64,000 nt of DNA, from assembly GCA_016839555.1 (NCBI GenBank), contig JAEOUA010000003.1, positions 224,001-288,000 of the forward strand. Direction: 5' to 3'. Position numbers and translations under genes: made by a program. The notes beneath the pieces are model-generated. The model was not told the DNA's origin. It did not search any database and worked only from the letters and a program-made list of their open reading frames with translations. The DNA comes from Promethearchaeota archaeon. Lineage in GTDB: Archaea; Asgardarchaeota; Lokiarchaeia; Sigyniarchaeales; SOKP01. Positions 29,600-40,756 of this stretch are shown here, in pieces (within the stretch, counting starts at the first letter, position 1; each line of letters opens with the position of its first letter).

Positions 29600-29833
29600 T
29601 TATTGGTTCTTAAGGTATTTAATAAGATTTTCTTTATTTTCCCTTTTTTTTAACTCTTTTATAATTGCAATCGCTTCTTTTACGCTACAATTTTTAGAAA
29701 ACTTTGATGCCTGTTCAAATTTAAAAGAATGGTTGCATTTGAAACATATTTTTCTTTTAATTCTTCTTGGAGTATAAAACCATGTACCACAAAAGGTACA
29801 TCTGAAAAAATAGAATTTTTTAGCGTTAGGCAT
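29600..29833 (-). CDS. Small Zn-ribbon protein (DUF1922-like)
   Basis: FRCTFCG...KICFKC. Confidence 0.7.
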   Translation of the reverse strand: MPNAKKFYFFRCTFCGTWFYTPRRIKRKICFKCNHSFKFEQASKFSKNCSVKEAIAIIKELKKRENKENLIKYLKNQ

Positions 29834-30019
29834 TTATGAAAAGAGTATAAGAAACGCCTCATAAATCTTAATAGTGAGCAAATTTAATGATTTTTTTTAA
29901 TATATAAAATCTTTTTATAGATTAATAACTCAAACATAAAACTAAATAATCATATATATTTTCCTTAATCATACAGATAAATTTATTGAAAAATTGATTT
30001 TTCTATTTTAAGGGATTTT

Positions 30020-30691
30020 TTGATTACCATGAAAACTTATGATAAAAAAGAGCTAGATAAATTAAGTATTAATGAATTAACTCATACTTTTATGGACATT
30101 ATTAAGGAGCAGACTTCAATTCTAATAGAGGGAATTGAACATCTAATTGATGAAGATTTCGAGACATTTAACAAGAATTTGAATTATGTAATTGAAACTT
30201 CGACCGAAGTTAAAGTAAAAAAGAAATTTGAGTCAAAGATTTTTAAATCCAAGTTAATGTTCAGTAAGGCTGATAGATTAAAAGTTTTTAGTAAAATTAA
30301 TGACATAAAAAATATTGGTGAATTTCTCGCTAATAAAATGCTCCTATATAAAGTAATTTTTCCTGACGAAGAATTTAAAAATCAATTAAGAGAGATAATA
30401 TCCTCTCTAAGAATAATTTCTGATAATATATCTGACTCGGTAAAATTTATTGGTTCTGATCTCATAAAAGCGCATGATATTTGCGAAGAAATTAAAGAAG
30501 AAAGACGCAAAATGAGAAAGGAGGAATTTGATTTGTTGAAACGTCTTTGGGGGTATGATATGGATTATTTATCACGGACTTTTTTATATTTAAAAGAGTT
30601 AATTGAAGGCATAATGATGTTAGCTGATCATATCAAAGATTTTGCGGAATATATCCAATTTTTATCAATAAAATATTTGATTTTCGATTAA
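30020..30691 (+). CDS. DUF47/PhoU-like phosphate transport regulator (divergent)
   Basis: All-helical, ADRLK, LADHIKD; adjacent to Pit; start may be ATG 30029. Confidence 0.7.
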   Translation: MITMKTYDKKELDKLSINELTHTFMDIIKEQTSILIEGIEHLIDEDFETFNKNLNYVIETSTEVKVKKKFESKIFKSKLMFSKADRLKVFSKINDIKNIGEFLANKMLLYKVIFPDEEFKNQLREIISSLRIISDNISDSVKFIGSDLIKAHDICEEIKEERRKMRKEEFDLLKRLWGYDMDYLSRTFLYLKELIEGIMMLADHIKDFAEYIQFLSIKYLIFD

Positions 30692-30697
30692 TACTTA

Positions 30698-31738
30698 TTG
30701 GGAGTTTCCATGGCAGATAGCGTTTCTTTTTCTTTAGTATCAGTTCTTATTATTATGGGAATTTCTTTAGCATTTGCTATTGGAGCTAATGATGAAACTT
30801 TATCGGCTTTAGTTGGCGCTGGTGTAGTGAAGTTTAGGATTGCATTGATAATAGGCGGAATCGCAACTGGATTTGGGATGATTTTTTTTAGCCAAAATGT
30901 TGGAAAAACAGTTGGAGAAGATATATTAGGCTCCGGAGTAAAATATACAGATATTATGCTTTTAGCTGTTTTGATTAGTAGTATAATTTGGTTAATTATT
31001 GGTTCTTTTGCTGGAATTCCTTTGAGCTCGACCCATAGTACAGTGGGAAGCATATTTGGAGTTTTAATAATATATTCATTAACTCAAGGAGGCGTTAATC
31101 CTGAAACGGCCCTAAATTATGGTAAACTTTTAGAAATAGTTTTAGGATGGTTTTTCTCTCCAGTTTTGGGATTATTGGTGACATTTATCCTTTTTAAAAT
31201 AATAGCTAAGATATATTTAACACGACTAAGGGGGCTGAACCAAATAGAAAAAGCCGAAAAAAGATTTAATTGGATCTTATTTATCGCTGTAATTTTTGCA
31301 GAAGTGTGGGTTGGAGCTAATTCAGCAGAATGTATTGGAATATTTTATGGGATATTGAACAGTAATTATATAAACATGATGCAATATTGGTTTTTTGTTG
31401 TTATATGTGGCATCTTTGTTTTTCTTGGGATATTTTTTGTGGGTAGATATGTTATTAGAAATTTAGCGAGTCATATGACTAATGCTCGTCCTAGTGAAGG
31501 TGTTATTCTTCAATCTTCTTCGGCGCTTATATTAATGCTCGCAACTTTTCTTGGACTTCCCATCTCACATTCACATGTTATTGTATTTTGCATTATTGGC
31601 TTAAATATCTCTCAAAAAAAGGAAATTGACAAGAAAGGTTTGTTAAAAATGGCGCTATATTGGTTCTTAACCTTTCCTGTGGCAGCAATTTTAGGGGGAT
31701 TTCTTTATTGGATTTTTGTTTTATTTGGGTTTTCATAA
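30698..31738 (+). CDS. pit: Inorganic phosphate transporter, PiT family
   Basis: GAND, GIPLSSTHSTVG, GWFFSP, GLPISHSH. Confidence 0.88.
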   Translation: MGVSMADSVSFSLVSVLIIMGISLAFAIGANDETLSALVGAGVVKFRIALIIGGIATGFGMIFFSQNVGKTVGEDILGSGVKYTDIMLLAVLISSIIWLIIGSFAGIPLSSTHSTVGSIFGVLIIYSLTQGGVNPETALNYGKLLEIVLGWFFSPVLGLLVTFILFKIIAKIYLTRLRGLNQIEKAEKRFNWILFIAVIFAEVWVGANSAECIGIFYGILNSNYINMMQYWFFVVICGIFVFLGIFFVGRYVIRNLASHMTNARPSEGVILQSSSALILMLATFLGLPISHSHVIVFCIIGLNISQKKEIDKKGLLKMALYWFLTFPVAAILGGFLYWIFVLFGFS

Positions 31739-31804
31739 TGTTTAATTTCATAAACTATATAAAATATATAGCCTATATATGAAAATAATGATTATTAATT
31801 TGAT

Positions 31805-32494
31805 GTGAAAAAAATGGGTTCATTAATAGAATACTTTAAGAAAGAAACTGCTAAAAATGTACTAGAAAAGGCAATAGAGCACGCAAAAGAAGTTCAAAAA
31901 ACTGTTAAAGAATTAAATAAGGGGATAAAAGTACTTTTGCTGGAAAAAGATTCCGAAAAAGCACACGATATATTTCATGCAGTTGATCTTATAGAGGGGA
32001 ATGCCGATTCGATTAGAAGAGATATTCTTTCCTCAATTTCCAAAGGTGAACTAAATCCTAGTGTAAGAACTGACCTTTCCCATCTAATAAAGAGATTAGA
32101 TGATGTTGCAAATTGTTCAACTGGAGTAGCGAGGAGAATAAATACAATTCCTATGAACTTTTGGGAACAAACGAGCAATGAATCAACAAATCTTATATTG
32201 AATATGATGGAAACGACTGTAGAATGTTCTAACTATTTGGATAAAATAGTAATAGACTTATTAGGAAATAGAAAAAGCGTTAAGGAATATGCGAAACAAA
32301 TAAATCTGCTTGAGCATGAAATTGATTTATTAAACATTAAATTAAGAAGAAGTTTACAAGAAACCAATTATAATGTTAATAGTTTTTCAATTTTTACAGT
32401 GGGAAATACAATCGATATAATAGAAGCAATCTCTGACGCTATTGAGGCAGTGGCTGATTATATTATGCTTCTCCTTACAAGCGCCTCAGTTTGA
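31805..32494 (+). CDS. DUF47/PhoU-like phosphate transport regulator
   Basis: EGNADSIRR, LDDVAN, EHEID, ISDAIEAVAD. Confidence 0.85.
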   Translation: MKKMGSLIEYFKKETAKNVLEKAIEHAKEVQKTVKELNKGIKVLLLEKDSEKAHDIFHAVDLIEGNADSIRRDILSSISKGELNPSVRTDLSHLIKRLDDVANCSTGVARRINTIPMNFWEQTSNESTNLILNMMETTVECSNYLDKIVIDLLGNRKSVKEYAKQINLLEHEIDLLNIKLRRSLQETNYNVNSFSIFTVGNTIDIIEAISDAIEAVADYIMLLLTSASV

Positions 32495-32824
32495 ATAAAA
32501 TTATAATATCAGAATTAAAAATAGCTCCTTATTTGTAAATTGATTTGATCCTCTTCATTTTAAACTGACTTAAACCTTATTGAGAGTGAATTTCTCTTTT
32601 TTCTAATCCCTTAGTTAAGAATAATAGATAAATAGACTTAAATATGAATCAAACCTTTTGTTTAATTTTCTAACTTTAAAAAGTATAATTAATAAGACTT
32701 AAAACGTATTTTATTGGGGTTTTAATATGATCAGATATATTGAATGATTTATTTTTTATTTACAATTAATTATAATAATATCTAATAATTTACATTAAAA
32801 TAAAATTTAATAATTTAAATTAAA

Positions 32825-34177
32825 ATGTCACCATTAACTCCAATAGAGAACAGATATCGAACGGAAATTGCGGATATTTTTACCCAAGAAAAAAAGCTGG
32901 AAAATTGGTTAAAAGTAGAAGCTGTTTTAGCAAAAGTTCATGCTGATGTAGGGAATATTCCAAGAGAAGCAGCGGATGAAATTAGAAAAAAAGCAAATCT
33001 TGAATATGTCAAATTGGAAAGAGTTGAGCAAATAGATAGAGAAATCCATCATGATCTCATGGCAATGATAAAAGCATTAGCAGAACAATGCGAGGATGAT
33101 GCTGGAAAATATATTCATTTAGGAGCAACTAGTTATGATATTGAAGATACTGCCTTAGCATTACAATTAAGAGAGGGTTTAGAATATTTAAAAAATTCCT
33201 TAATAGAACTAATTAAAACCTTAACCAATTTAGCAGAGCAAACAAAAAACTTAATTTGTATTGGACGAACACATGGTCAACACGCAATCCCTACTACATA
33301 TGGGATGAGATTTGGAGTGTGGGCATATGAAATTGATCGCCATCTAAAACGATTAGATCAAATTAAAGAGCGGATTTCTTATGGCAAAATGTCTGGGGCA
33401 GTTGGAACGATGGCAAGCTTTGGAGATAAAGGAATGGAAATTCAAGAAAAAGTCATGAGAGAATTAAATCTAAATGCTGTCTTAATAGCAAATCAAGTAT
33501 TACAGCGAGATCGGCATGCTGAGGTAATATTTTTAACCTCACTTATAGGACAAACTTTAGCTAAAATTGCGAAAGAAAATAGAATCCTTCAGAGAAATGA
33601 AATTGCCGAAATATTCGAACCATTTAAAAAAAAGCAAGTTGGAAGCTCCACGATGCCACATAAACGAAATCCTCACAAATCTGAAAGAATATGTAGCTTA
33701 GCACGAATCTTAAAATCCAATGTAATAGCTAGCTTGGATAATATAATATTAGAAGATGAAAGAGATTTGACTAATTCTGCATCTGAGAGAGTGTTATTTC
33801 CGGAAAACTTTATCTATCTTGATTTTATGTTGGAACAATTAACTAAAAATCTAAAAGGATTAGAAATTAATAAAAAAAATATTGAAAAAAACCTTAATCT
33901 TACTAAGGGAGCCTGCTTAGCAGAAAAGATTATGCTACATCTAGTTGAAAAAGGTATCGGGAGGCAAGAGGCGCATGAGATTTTACGCCAAGCCGTTATT
34001 AAAGCACAAAAAGAAGATCTATTTCTTTATGAGATATTAAGTAAGCATGAAGAAATAAAAGATAAATTTTCAGAGCAAGAGTTGAAAGAATTGTTGGATC
34101 CGCATAATTATATCGGGACTGCGGTATTACAAGTTCAAAATCTAGTGAAATACTTAAAGAAAAAATATAACTTTTAA
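32825..34177 (+). CDS. purB: Adenylosuccinate lyase
   Basis: HLGATSYD, GRTHGQHA.PTT, GSSTMPHKRNP..SE. Confidence 0.96.
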   Translation: MSPLTPIENRYRTEIADIFTQEKKLENWLKVEAVLAKVHADVGNIPREAADEIRKKANLEYVKLERVEQIDREIHHDLMAMIKALAEQCEDDAGKYIHLGATSYDIEDTALALQLREGLEYLKNSLIELIKTLTNLAEQTKNLICIGRTHGQHAIPTTYGMRFGVWAYEIDRHLKRLDQIKERISYGKMSGAVGTMASFGDKGMEIQEKVMRELNLNAVLIANQVLQRDRHAEVIFLTSLIGQTLAKIAKENRILQRNEIAEIFEPFKKKQVGSSTMPHKRNPHKSERICSLARILKSNVIASLDNIILEDERDLTNSASERVLFPENFIYLDFMLEQLTKNLKGLEINKKNIEKNLNLTKGACLAEKIMLHLVEKGIGRQEAHEILRQAVIKAQKEDLFLYEILSKHEEIKDKFSEQELKELLDPHNYIGTAVLQVQNLVKYLKKKYNF

Positions 34178-34390
34178 ATATTAATTACTCTTTTTAAAAC
34201 CTACTGTTTTCTAAAATAATTTGATACCATTATCAATAGATTTTAGTTGTTATAAAAAATTGAATTAATGTTTTATTAAATTTTCTCTGTTGTTTCTACT
34301 AATTTCTAAATATTTCTCGAGTATCTTTTATAAATAATAATGCGTAGATTCAAATTTTAATGAAAATATGAGGAGATATGAGAGATTGAT

Positions 34391-36502
34391 ATGATCAAAG
34401 ATAATCAAAAAAAACCTAATAATTTAATTAAAGAAAAAAGCCCTTATCTCTTACAACATGCTTATAATCCTGTGAATTGGTATGCATGGGGCGATGAGGC
34501 GTTTAGAGCAGTGAAGACCCAAGATAGGCCAATATTTCTTTCTATAGGGTATTCTACTTGCCATTGGTGCCATGTAATGGCACATGAATCATTTGAAGAT
34601 CCTGAAGTTGCTCAATTAATTAATGAAACCTTCATTCCCATTAAAGTAGACCGAGAAGAAAGACCTGATGTTGATAAAATATGTATGTTTGCATGTCAAT
34701 TAATGTCAGGAAGGGGGGGATGGCCCTTAACCATTATGATGACTCCCGATAAAAAACCTTTTTTTGCAGGAACTTATATTCCTAAAGAAGCTAGATTTGG
34801 TCAACCTGGGCTTTTAGAATTAATCCCAAAAGTTAAAGATATGTGGGAAAATCAGAGAGATAAATTATTTCAAGCAAGTGAGAAGGTTACTTTTGCGATT
34901 CAAAATGCGTTAAATGAAGCTCCCGGTGAAAAATTAGATAAAGAAACTCTAAGGGAAGCTTATGCGCAACTTTCAAAAAGATTCGATTCTCAAAGTGGAG
35001 GGTTTGGAATGGCACCTAAATTTCCCACTCCTCATAATTTTTATTTTTTACTAAGATATTGGAAAAGAACTGGAGATGAAAAGACCTTAAAAATGGTGGA
35101 AAAAACCCTTCAAGAAATGCGGAAAGGGGGTATTTATGATCATATCGGATTTGGATTTCATAGGTACTCAACTGATTCAAGGTGGTTCCTTCCACATTTT
35201 GAAAAGATGTTATATGATCAAGCTTTATTAGCTATAGCATATTTGGAGGCATATCAAGCCACAAACAAAGAATTTCATGCTCAAATAGCAAGAGAAATTT
35301 TCACGTATGTTTTACGAGATATGACCTCTAAGGACGGAGGATTTTATTCTGCGGAGGATGCTGATAGTGAGGGTGTTGAGGGAAAATTTTATGTGTGGTC
35401 TAAACAAGAGATTGAAGATATATTAGGGAAAGGGGAAAGAAATACGGAATTATTTATAGAGAGTTATAATATTACAGATTCGGGAAATTATAAGGAAGAA
35501 GCATCAAAACAAAAAACAGGAAAAAGCATTTTATTTCTTAAAAAATCTTTTGAAGATCTTGCCTTGGATTATAAAACAAGCCCGTCAGAATTGAAAGAAA
35601 AATTAGAAGAAGCACGTAAGAAAATATTTTCATATCGTGAAAAACGAATTCATCCCCATAAGGATGATAAAATATTAACGGATTGGAATGGAATTATGAT
35701 ATCTGCCCTCGCACAAGGGGCGAGAATATTAAATGATGAGGAATTACTTAATGCTGCTGAAAAAGCTATAAATTTCATGCTGACTCATCTCAGAACAGCA
35801 AATGGAAAATTAATGCATCGATTTCGAGAGGGCAAAGCCGGGATTAATGCTTATGTTGATGACTACTCTTTTATGATATGGGGTTTGATTGAAATGTATC
35901 AAACAACTTTCGAGACTAAATACCTTAAATTAGCTCTGGATCTAAATAATACCTTAATTTCAGATTTTTGGGATGAAAATATTGGAGGTTTTTATTTTAC
36001 TTCCGATGATGGGGAACAATTAATTATCAGACAGAAAGAAATTTATGATGGTGCAATACCTTCGGGAAATTCTGTCGCTATGATGAATTTGCTCAAATTG
36101 AGCTATTTAACAGGAAATCTTGAATTTGAAAGAAAAGCAGACATTATTAGTAGAGTATTCGCGGAAAAAATTAAATTAAATCCCAGTGCTTTTACAATGC
36201 TTATGAGTGCGGTAGATTTTGGTATCGGTCCTTCGTATAAATTAGTTATTGCGGGAGATTCTAATGCAGAAGATACAAAAGCTATGATAGAAGAAATCAG
36301 AAAACATTTTTTCCCTAATATTATGCTTATACAACGCCCAATGGAGCTTGAAAGTCCTGAAATTGATCAGATTGCCTATTTTATTAAACTATATTATGAT
36401 ATAGATAAAAAAGCTACCGCATATGCATGTTTCAATCAAGGTTGTAAACCTGCTACTACTAGCAAAACCCAAATGCTTGAATATCTAAATTCAAATTGGT
36501 AA
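34391..36502 (+). CDS. YyaL/SPATA20 (DUF255) thioredoxin-domain protein
   Basis: [54 protein letters not shown]. Confidence 0.93.
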   Translation: MIKDNQKKPNNLIKEKSPYLLQHAYNPVNWYAWGDEAFRAVKTQDRPIFLSIGYSTCHWCHVMAHESFEDPEVAQLINETFIPIKVDREERPDVDKICMFACQLMSGRGGWPLTIMMTPDKKPFFAGTYIPKEARFGQPGLLELIPKVKDMWENQRDKLFQASEKVTFAIQNALNEAPGEKLDKETLREAYAQLSKRFDSQSGGFGMAPKFPTPHNFYFLLRYWKRTGDEKTLKMVEKTLQEMRKGGIYDHIGFGFHRYSTDSRWFLPHFEKMLYDQALLAIAYLEAYQATNKEFHAQIAREIFTYVLRDMTSKDGGFYSAEDADSEGVEGKFYVWSKQEIEDILGKGERNTELFIESYNITDSGNYKEEASKQKTGKSILFLKKSFEDLALDYKTSPSELKEKLEEARKKIFSYREKRIHPHKDDKILTDWNGIMISALAQGARILNDEELLNAAEKAINFMLTHLRTANGKLMHRFREGKAGINAYVDDYSFMIWGLIEMYQTTFETKYLKLALDLNNTLISDFWDENIGGFYFTSDDGEQLIIRQKEIYDGAIPSGNSVAMMNLLKLSYLTGNLEFERKADIISRVFAEKIKLNPSAFTMLMSAVDFGIGPSYKLVIAGDSNAEDTKAMIEEIRKHFFPNIMLIQRPMELESPEIDQIAYFIKLYYDIDKKATAYACFNQGCKPATTSKTQMLEYLNSNW

Positions 36503-36650
36503 AATTTGACTATTCTTACTTAATCCCTCTTTTTATTAGACAAGGAAACTTAAATGAAATATTTCCAAATAATCATATATATTAATGATACTTAATTACA
36601 TGTTTTCAATTCATTTTATTAAAAATTAGAAATAAAAAGTGTGTTAAAAA

Positions 36651-37022
36651 TTGAATTTTAGCTATTTTAAACAGCTAATTATTTTTCTAATAGTTACAAT
36701 AATCATTACAATAATACTACAGCTTCTTCATGTGGGAGATATAGTACTTTTCATTGGTTTGATGGTTTTATTTGTATTAGGCAGTGTGAGCTATTTTACT
36801 TCATTGAAAGATGTCTCTGAAGATCTTAATCGAGAGTTCTCCCCTAGTTTAAAAAATTTTAGTCCATTGATTATATTTTTAGTAGTTAGCATTCCCATTT
36901 CGATTGTCATTTTTGTACTAAAAACCAGCGAACTTGTTAAGATGGTTGGTCTAGTTATCTTATTGATATTCATCTCCATTGTATATTATTTAGGAATGCG
37001 AATCGTGTTAAAGGAATCTTAG
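36651..37022 (+). CDS. Small 4-TM membrane protein with internal two-fold repeat
   Basis: Two similar helical-hairpin halves (LIIFLIVTIII...VSYF / LIIFLVVSIPI...IVYY); TTG start. Confidence 0.6.
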   Translation: MNFSYFKQLIIFLIVTIIITIILQLLHVGDIVLFIGLMVLFVLGSVSYFTSLKDVSEDLNREFSPSLKNFSPLIIFLVVSIPISIVIFVLKTSELVKMVGLVILLIFISIVYYLGMRIVLKES

Positions 37023-37152
37023 ATCAGCAATTAGAAATGTTTTGAAGAAGTTTAGAAGATTAATGAAAAAAAGAACTAAAAATATAAAAATTTTTTAACA
37101 TTTTCTTTAATTCCAAATATATTTTTCTGAAAAAATAGAAAAAGGGAGAAAC

Positions 37153-37422
37153 TTATGCTTTTTCTCTCAAACGAGTGTTCACTAATTTTTTTAATTCTTC
37201 TACAAATTCTACAGAATTCATCTCTTTTTGAGTTATAAAAACTTTAATGCCATCTGGTCCCTCTATGTATGCAGAGGGATATTTAGCATCTGTGACTTCT
37301 GGATAGTACTTCTCAAACTCATCTCTATGATAAAATTCAACGTTCACTTCCTGATCTAATTCAGTTATATATTGAGCCCATTCTTTTTTCATTCCAAAAT
37401 TACCAAACGTAACTGCGCATAG
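37153..37422 (-). pseudogene. 5'-truncated conserved hypothetical protein (LCA.T.G.FGMKKEW family)
   Basis: Frame continues upstream of the Met as LCAVTFGNFG-MKKEW, then hits TAA; as recalled, full-length members carry a further N-terminal segment. Confidence 0.55.
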
Positions 37423-37675
37423 ATATATTTAAACCTAATAATTATTAACTTAATTATTTCTACATTTTAACGTTTCAAATTACTTTATTTAGGCAATTTT
37501 TAGAAGTAATATCATTAAATTATAGGATATTATTATTTCTATGGAAAGAGCAAAAAGTATTAATCACTATTTAAATCTGATGGTTTTAAGAAATAAATGG
37601 TATTATTTTTAGAAATTCTTTCACTTATGAATTAAATGGATTTTATAGCTTTAAAATTATGATTTGTTTCTGTTT

Positions 37676-38410
37676 ATGAAAAATAAAGAATATGTAAATC
37701 TAAGTGAAAAAGTATTAAAGGTTTATCAATATGCAGAACACATAGTAAATGAGGGAGGTTACGGCAAACAGGTAGAATCTCTGAAGGAATTAATGGAAAC
37801 AAAACCATACAAAACAATTTCAGTAGAGGAATTCTTTAGAGAATATACATGGGTGGTATTTACTTGTGGTTTTAAAGCAGCTTATGTGCAAAAATACTGG
37901 AATAACATAAAAAGAATGTGTTGTGGCTTTGATATATCTAAAACAAAAGAATTATCATTTGAGGAGCTCTTAGAGGTAAGTCCGATAAAGAATAAGAAGA
38001 AATTAAAAGCTATTAAACAATCATGTGAAATCATTAATGATTGTTTTGTTGAAAAGATCCATAAAATCAAAGATAAAGATGAAGCTAAAGATTTATTTAA
38101 AACTCTTCCTTTTATTGGAGAAATCACAGTATATCATATAATGAGAAATATTGGGATTGATTGCTTTAAACCAGATCGTCATATAGTTCATATAACAAGA
38201 GATCTTAATATTTCAGAAACAGATTTATTTCAAATTATTTGTTCAAAATATAAAGAATATATTGGTGTTATTGATTATATTCTTTGGCGTGCATCCGCAA
38301 CATTACATAATTTACAACCCAATTCATCTTTGGTGGAATTCGCGCTGAATGGAAAGCAATTGAATGAAGTTCCAAAAAATAATTTTATGAATAGTAATTT
38401 TTTATTCTAA
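37676..38410 (+). CDS. Helix-hairpin-helix DNA glycosylase-like protein
   Basis: LPFIGEITVYH...KPDRH HhH-type signature; VIDYILW; start ATG 37676 (track gives TTG 37664). Confidence 0.6.
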   Translation: MKNKEYVNLSEKVLKVYQYAEHIVNEGGYGKQVESLKELMETKPYKTISVEEFFREYTWVVFTCGFKAAYVQKYWNNIKRMCCGFDISKTKELSFEELLEVSPIKNKKKLKAIKQSCEIINDCFVEKIHKIKDKDEAKDLFKTLPFIGEITVYHIMRNIGIDCFKPDRHIVHITRDLNISETDLFQIICSKYKEYIGVIDYILWRASATLHNLQPNSSLVEFALNGKQLNEVPKNNFMNSNFLF

Positions 38411-38547
38411 TAATTCCAAGATCGCTATAAAAATAGATTTTGAAATAAAAATTCATTAGCATTTCAACCAATTTTTAGATTATAGATAAAATGTATTTAT
38501 TTTAAGAAAAAGTTATTATTTTAAGAAAAAAAATAAAGAGAAATACA

Positions 38548-39924
38548 ATGATTTTAAAAAGAATTAAATCAGAAGGCTTAGCTCATATATCTTATTTCAT
38601 TGCCTCAGAAAGTGAAGCTTGTGTAATCGATCCACGAAGAGATATTGGGAAATATATTGAATTGGCCTATAAAGAAGATGCTACTATAAAATATATATTC
38701 GAAACACATCGAAATGAAGATTATGTAATCGGATCTGTTGAACTTGCTCAAGATGGAAACGCCAAAATCTTTCATGGGCCTAACTTGGATTTTCAATATG
38801 GTAATACTTTACAAGAAGGTCAAGAATTCCAAGTAGGAAATTTGAAGATAGGATGGATTTATACCCCAGGACATACTGATGAAAGTGTTTCCTATATACT
38901 CTATGATTTAGATTCAGGGCCAGAGCCGATAATGGCCTTTACGGGAGATACATTGTTTATTGGCGATGTGGGAAGAACAGACATGTATGGTCCAGATGAA
39001 GACAGAAGGATGGCGGAAAATCTTTATGAAAGTCTTTTTAATAAAATTCTTCCTTTAGGAGATCATGTAATTGTATGTCCAGCTCACGGATCTGGTTCTG
39101 TTTGCGGAGGAAATATCAGTGAGCGAGAACATAGTACCATTGGAATTGAGAGAATGCAAAATCCGGCATTACAACTTACTGATAAGGAGGAATTTATTCA
39201 ATATAAGATGAATGAAAACCATTTTTATGCTCCCTATTTTAAAATGATGGAGAAATATAACCGAGAAGGGGCACCACTTTTAAAGACTCGTCCAAAAGCG
39301 AAACCAATGTCTCCTAAAGAATTTCAAGTTAAAATGGAAAAAGGAGCATTCTGCGTTGATACTCGTGAACCCGCTGATTTTGGCGGAGCACATATTGAGG
39401 GCTCTTATAATATCATCCTCGATGGACTTCCCCTCTTTAGCGGGTGGGTATTGATCTATGATAAACCAATCCTATTAATTGTAAAAGATTATCAAGATCT
39501 CGAGAAAGCTATCAGATTTTTAAATAGATTAGGTTATGATAATATAATTGGTTACTTAACAGGTGGTATAATAGGGTGGTATAGTCATAATTTTCCCACC
39601 AAGTCTATTCCTCTATTAACTGCGAGAGAATTGAAAAAGAAAATCGAAAAAAATGAGGATATCTTTATTTTAGATGTAAGAAGCCAAGATGAATGGGAAA
39701 CAGGGTATATAGAATCAGCAAATCATATCTATATTGGTAAATTAAAAACTAATTTAGAGCATGTACCACATGGAAAACAAATTGTTACTTTGTGCGGGAA
39801 TGGCACCAGAGCAAGTCTTGCAGCAAGTCTTTTGCGAAAAGAGGGATATAAAGATGTAATGAATGTTTTGGGCAGTATGAAAGCTTGGAATAGCGGAGGA
39901 TATCCTGTCGTCAAGGAAAATTAA
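38548..39924 (+). CDS. MBL-fold hydrolase (persulfide dioxygenase-like) fused to two rhodanese domains
   Basis: ETHRNEDY, TPGHT, FTGD.LFIGDVGR.D, PAHG.GS.CG, DTR/DVR, CGNGTRAS. Confidence 0.9.
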   Translation: MILKRIKSEGLAHISYFIASESEACVIDPRRDIGKYIELAYKEDATIKYIFETHRNEDYVIGSVELAQDGNAKIFHGPNLDFQYGNTLQEGQEFQVGNLKIGWIYTPGHTDESVSYILYDLDSGPEPIMAFTGDTLFIGDVGRTDMYGPDEDRRMAENLYESLFNKILPLGDHVIVCPAHGSGSVCGGNISEREHSTIGIERMQNPALQLTDKEEFIQYKMNENHFYAPYFKMMEKYNREGAPLLKTRPKAKPMSPKEFQVKMEKGAFCVDTREPADFGGAHIEGSYNIILDGLPLFSGWVLIYDKPILLIVKDYQDLEKAIRFLNRLGYDNIIGYLTGGIIGWYSHNFPTKSIPLLTARELKKKIEKNEDIFILDVRSQDEWETGYIESANHIYIGKLKTNLEHVPHGKQIVTLCGNGTRASLAASLLRKEGYKDVMNVLGSMKAWNSGGYPVVKEN

Positions 39925-39973
39925 GCTCTTTATTAATAAATAAAAATAAAAAAAAAATAACAGAGGATAAAAA

Positions 39974-40312
39974 ATGGGAAATACAAAAGATAAATTAATG
40001 GCTGTTGATAAAACTCTTAAGAATTTAGGAGCGCTCAATCCTAAAGCTATGAAAAGTTTCAAGGAATATATGAATTCCGTGAAAATGGAGGGGATTTTAT
40101 CACCTAAAATAAAAACTATTATAGGCGTGGCTGTTGCTGTTTCAAAACAGTGTGAATATTGCGTTCCATTTTATGTTAAGCAGGCATTGGATAGTGGTGC
40201 CACTAAAGAAGAGATATTAGATGCTTGTATGATGGCTGCATTATTAGGAGGTGGTCCTGCTATCACATTCATAAAACATGTATATGATGCCCTAGAGGAG
40301 TTAACGAAATAA
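39974..40312 (+). CDS. Carboxymuconolactone decarboxylase / AhpD family protein
   Basis: LSPKIK.II..AVA..QCEYC, GATKEEI, GGGP. Confidence 0.88.
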   Translation: MGNTKDKLMAVDKTLKNLGALNPKAMKSFKEYMNSVKMEGILSPKIKTIIGVAVAVSKQCEYCVPFYVKQALDSGATKEEILDACMMAALLGGGPAITFIKHVYDALEELTK

Positions 40313-40360
40313 TTTTTGTCTATTAAAAAAAATCAAATAATTAAATACGAGATGATTAAG

Positions 40361-40756
40361 ATGGTAGATATATTAAAAAAAGAACTTTCTATGAAATTTA
40401 ATGATGCTGTGGAGCATGTAAGAAAAATTGTCGAGGATGAGGGTTTTAGTGTAATGCTTGTAAAAAATATAGATGAAATTTTCAAAAAAAAACTCGGAGT
40501 CAAAGAATATGAGAGATATACAATTATTTTAGCATGTGCTCCTCAATTTGCTAAAGGAGCATTAGATGTTTCTAAAAATGTGGGCCTTCTTTTTCCTTGT
40601 AGTTTCGCAGTTTATGAAGATCAAGGAAAAATATATGTTGGCCATGCGTCTATCATGAAAATTGCTCCTGAAGTTGGTCTAGCACCCCAAGATAAAATGG
40701 CACCTGTAATTGAAGCCACTGGTAAGGCAGTTCACGCAGCATGGGATAAATTATAA
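40361..40756 (+). CDS. DUF302 domain protein
   Basis: EGF.V, Y.IILAC.P..A, GLLFPC; start moved to ATG 40361. Confidence 0.85.
   Translation: MVDILKKELSMKFNDAVEHVRKIVEDEGFSVMLVKNIDEIFKKKLGVKEYERYTIILACAPQFAKGALDVSKNVGLLFPCSFAVYEDQGKIYVGHASIMKIAPEVGLAPQDKMAPVIEATGKAVHAAWDKL

Noticed and set aside
32529-32640. Minus-strand frame KSIYLLFLTKGLEKREIHSQ*GLSQFKMKRIKSIYK, vaguely HTH-like
   Set aside because: Short, interrupted, no start codon; cannot be told apart from chance
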